Assembly (NCBI GenBank): GCA_003427395.1
Contig: BFEA01000014.1
Span: 671,877 to 735,876, forward strand
Source: Chara braunii
Lineage: Eukaryota; Plantae; Charophyceae
Direction of reading: 5' to 3'
Length of the DNA: 64,000 nt
The notes under the pieces were generated by a model. The model had not been told where the DNA came from. It made no database searches and saw nothing but the letters and a program-made list of their open reading frames with translations. This document shows positions 62,657-64,000 of the stretch, in pieces (within the stretch, counting starts at the first letter, position 1; every line of letters begins with the position of its first letter). Both the position numbers and the translations under genes were made by a program.

Positions 62657-62705
62657 CCCTTTGATGAGTCGTTACGGGTGCTACACGGCGAAAAGCGCTT
62701 CAGGG
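62657..62705 (+). ncRNA. Minimal type I hammerhead ribozyme motif (C3U core variant)
   Basis: Stem I CCCT/AGGG; core TTGATGA at 62661-62667; stem II GTCGT/ACGGC; GAAA at 62690-62693; palindromic stem III AAGCGCTT; cleavage after C62701 (UUC). Confidence 0.7.
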
Positions 62706-64000
62706 CGTGCACCCCCCTACGATGGTCCATTACGCCATCGCGGATAGTCCCGTCTATCCATACACCCCCTTCTTGTCTTGTCCTCCACCCTATGTGTCGT
62801 GCAACCATCCATTGTCCAGTGTCTTGATGCCTCACCATTGTTCACCTCACGTGTTTGCCTTAGTGACCTTTGCAGGACATTTCATGGGCAGGAAGGGAGC
62901 AAGCATCGAAAAGCGTTGTGGAGGAGGTGTCATCCCTCCTCCACTCATTCTCACAGTCTCTTTTACTTTCACTGATGCACACACACATGATGAGACTTCC
63001 ACTGTCTCACTTCTACCATTTTGAAGCCTTCGCCCAAAAACAAGCTTGGAAGAAGCGTTAGTGGATGGAGGGTCATGACAACTTATCTCTAACGTGAAAT
63101 GACTTAAGAGGTGTAGAATAAGAGGGAGCTTACAATCGCAAGGCCGAAGACTCCAATAATCGGACGATCTGTGTTAATAACAGGTACGTGCACATCACCT
63201 TCTTCCTTCTCCCCACATGGTCTCCTCCCTAGCATTATTGATGTTTTTCCCTCTACTGCAACGCCCACGTGTTGCTCATTCATCGTTCCCGCGTCTTCGT
63301 CCTTCGATGTCGAGCATCGTCCCCATCTTTATTGCCTATCGTCTTCATGCACGATCTTCGTTTCCTACGTCTCCCCCTACCATTTTCATCCATTCTCGCT
63401 CTTTGTGTTTCTTGCCTTCGACTTACATAGTCTTTTCTTCCTTCACCCTCTCGCGCTTCCCCTCGTCTGCCTCACCCTCCACCCCGCCGCGCTCCTCACC
63501 TGCACCTTTTTTTTTTTCTTCTTTATTGCTAGTTTCTCATCAGCAAGTTTTTTTCCTTCCCGCCTTATGATCGTGATTACTGCTCCAAATTCACATTGTC
63601 TCACTCCTTACCTTATTCGCACACCTTCCTCCCTGTCGTGCTGTCGAGCGCATCGACCCGGCACCGCACGTGGCAGCGCGGGCCCTCTCGGCCGCGTAAC
63701 ACAGGAGTTGGACCAACCTCGTCACGAACACATAAGTGGAGCTTCCTTAGGCCGCTCCGGCTGAGTGCGCCAACCATACCTCTCGCGAGCCCCTATGACA
63801 GGATAGGGCTTACGCGAGGCACAACTTACCTCCACCTTACGGGAGCTGTCACCTCCCTTCGGTGGGCGTATCCCCGCCGAGCTATCATTCCACAGTACGA
63901 AAGCTACTCGGTTGCAATCACAGAGGTGGACCGGCCGAGGGCGTTTCTCGTTCGCTGTAGCATAGGGGGTACACGCGGCTCGACATCGGTCGACTAGGAC

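Overview
Repeat-dominated eukaryotic genomic DNA from a draft assembly, with N-gaps and three Nextera mate-pair junction adapters left in the sequence. The plant-type starch enzyme, TE repertoire and microsatellite load point to a streptophyte and resemble the charophyte alga Chara (inference, not proven). There is one clear host gene: an intronless alpha-glucan water dikinase (GWD; 29485-33504, minus). The rest is transposon-derived: a full-length but nonsense-decayed L1/Tx1-like LINE (about 3400-10755), two older LINEs (52.5-59.9 kb, minus), several LINE 3' stubs, LTR fragments, a hAT transposase remnant, and MITEs with clean TSDs (Mutator-like 9 bp, Harbinger-like CWG, hAT 8 bp, plus a foldback element with an in-window empty site). 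The most interesting signals are RNA-structural: (i) two type I hammerhead ribozyme motifs with tiny palindromic stem III, of the Penelope-like-element type (38838-38896, 62657-62705); (ii) a two-part, covarying RNA structure conserved at the 3' ends of otherwise divergent LINEs (about 11 copies), one copy of which has itself received both a LINE and a MITE insertion; (iii) a covarying 5' LINE motif shared with short non-autonomous elements.
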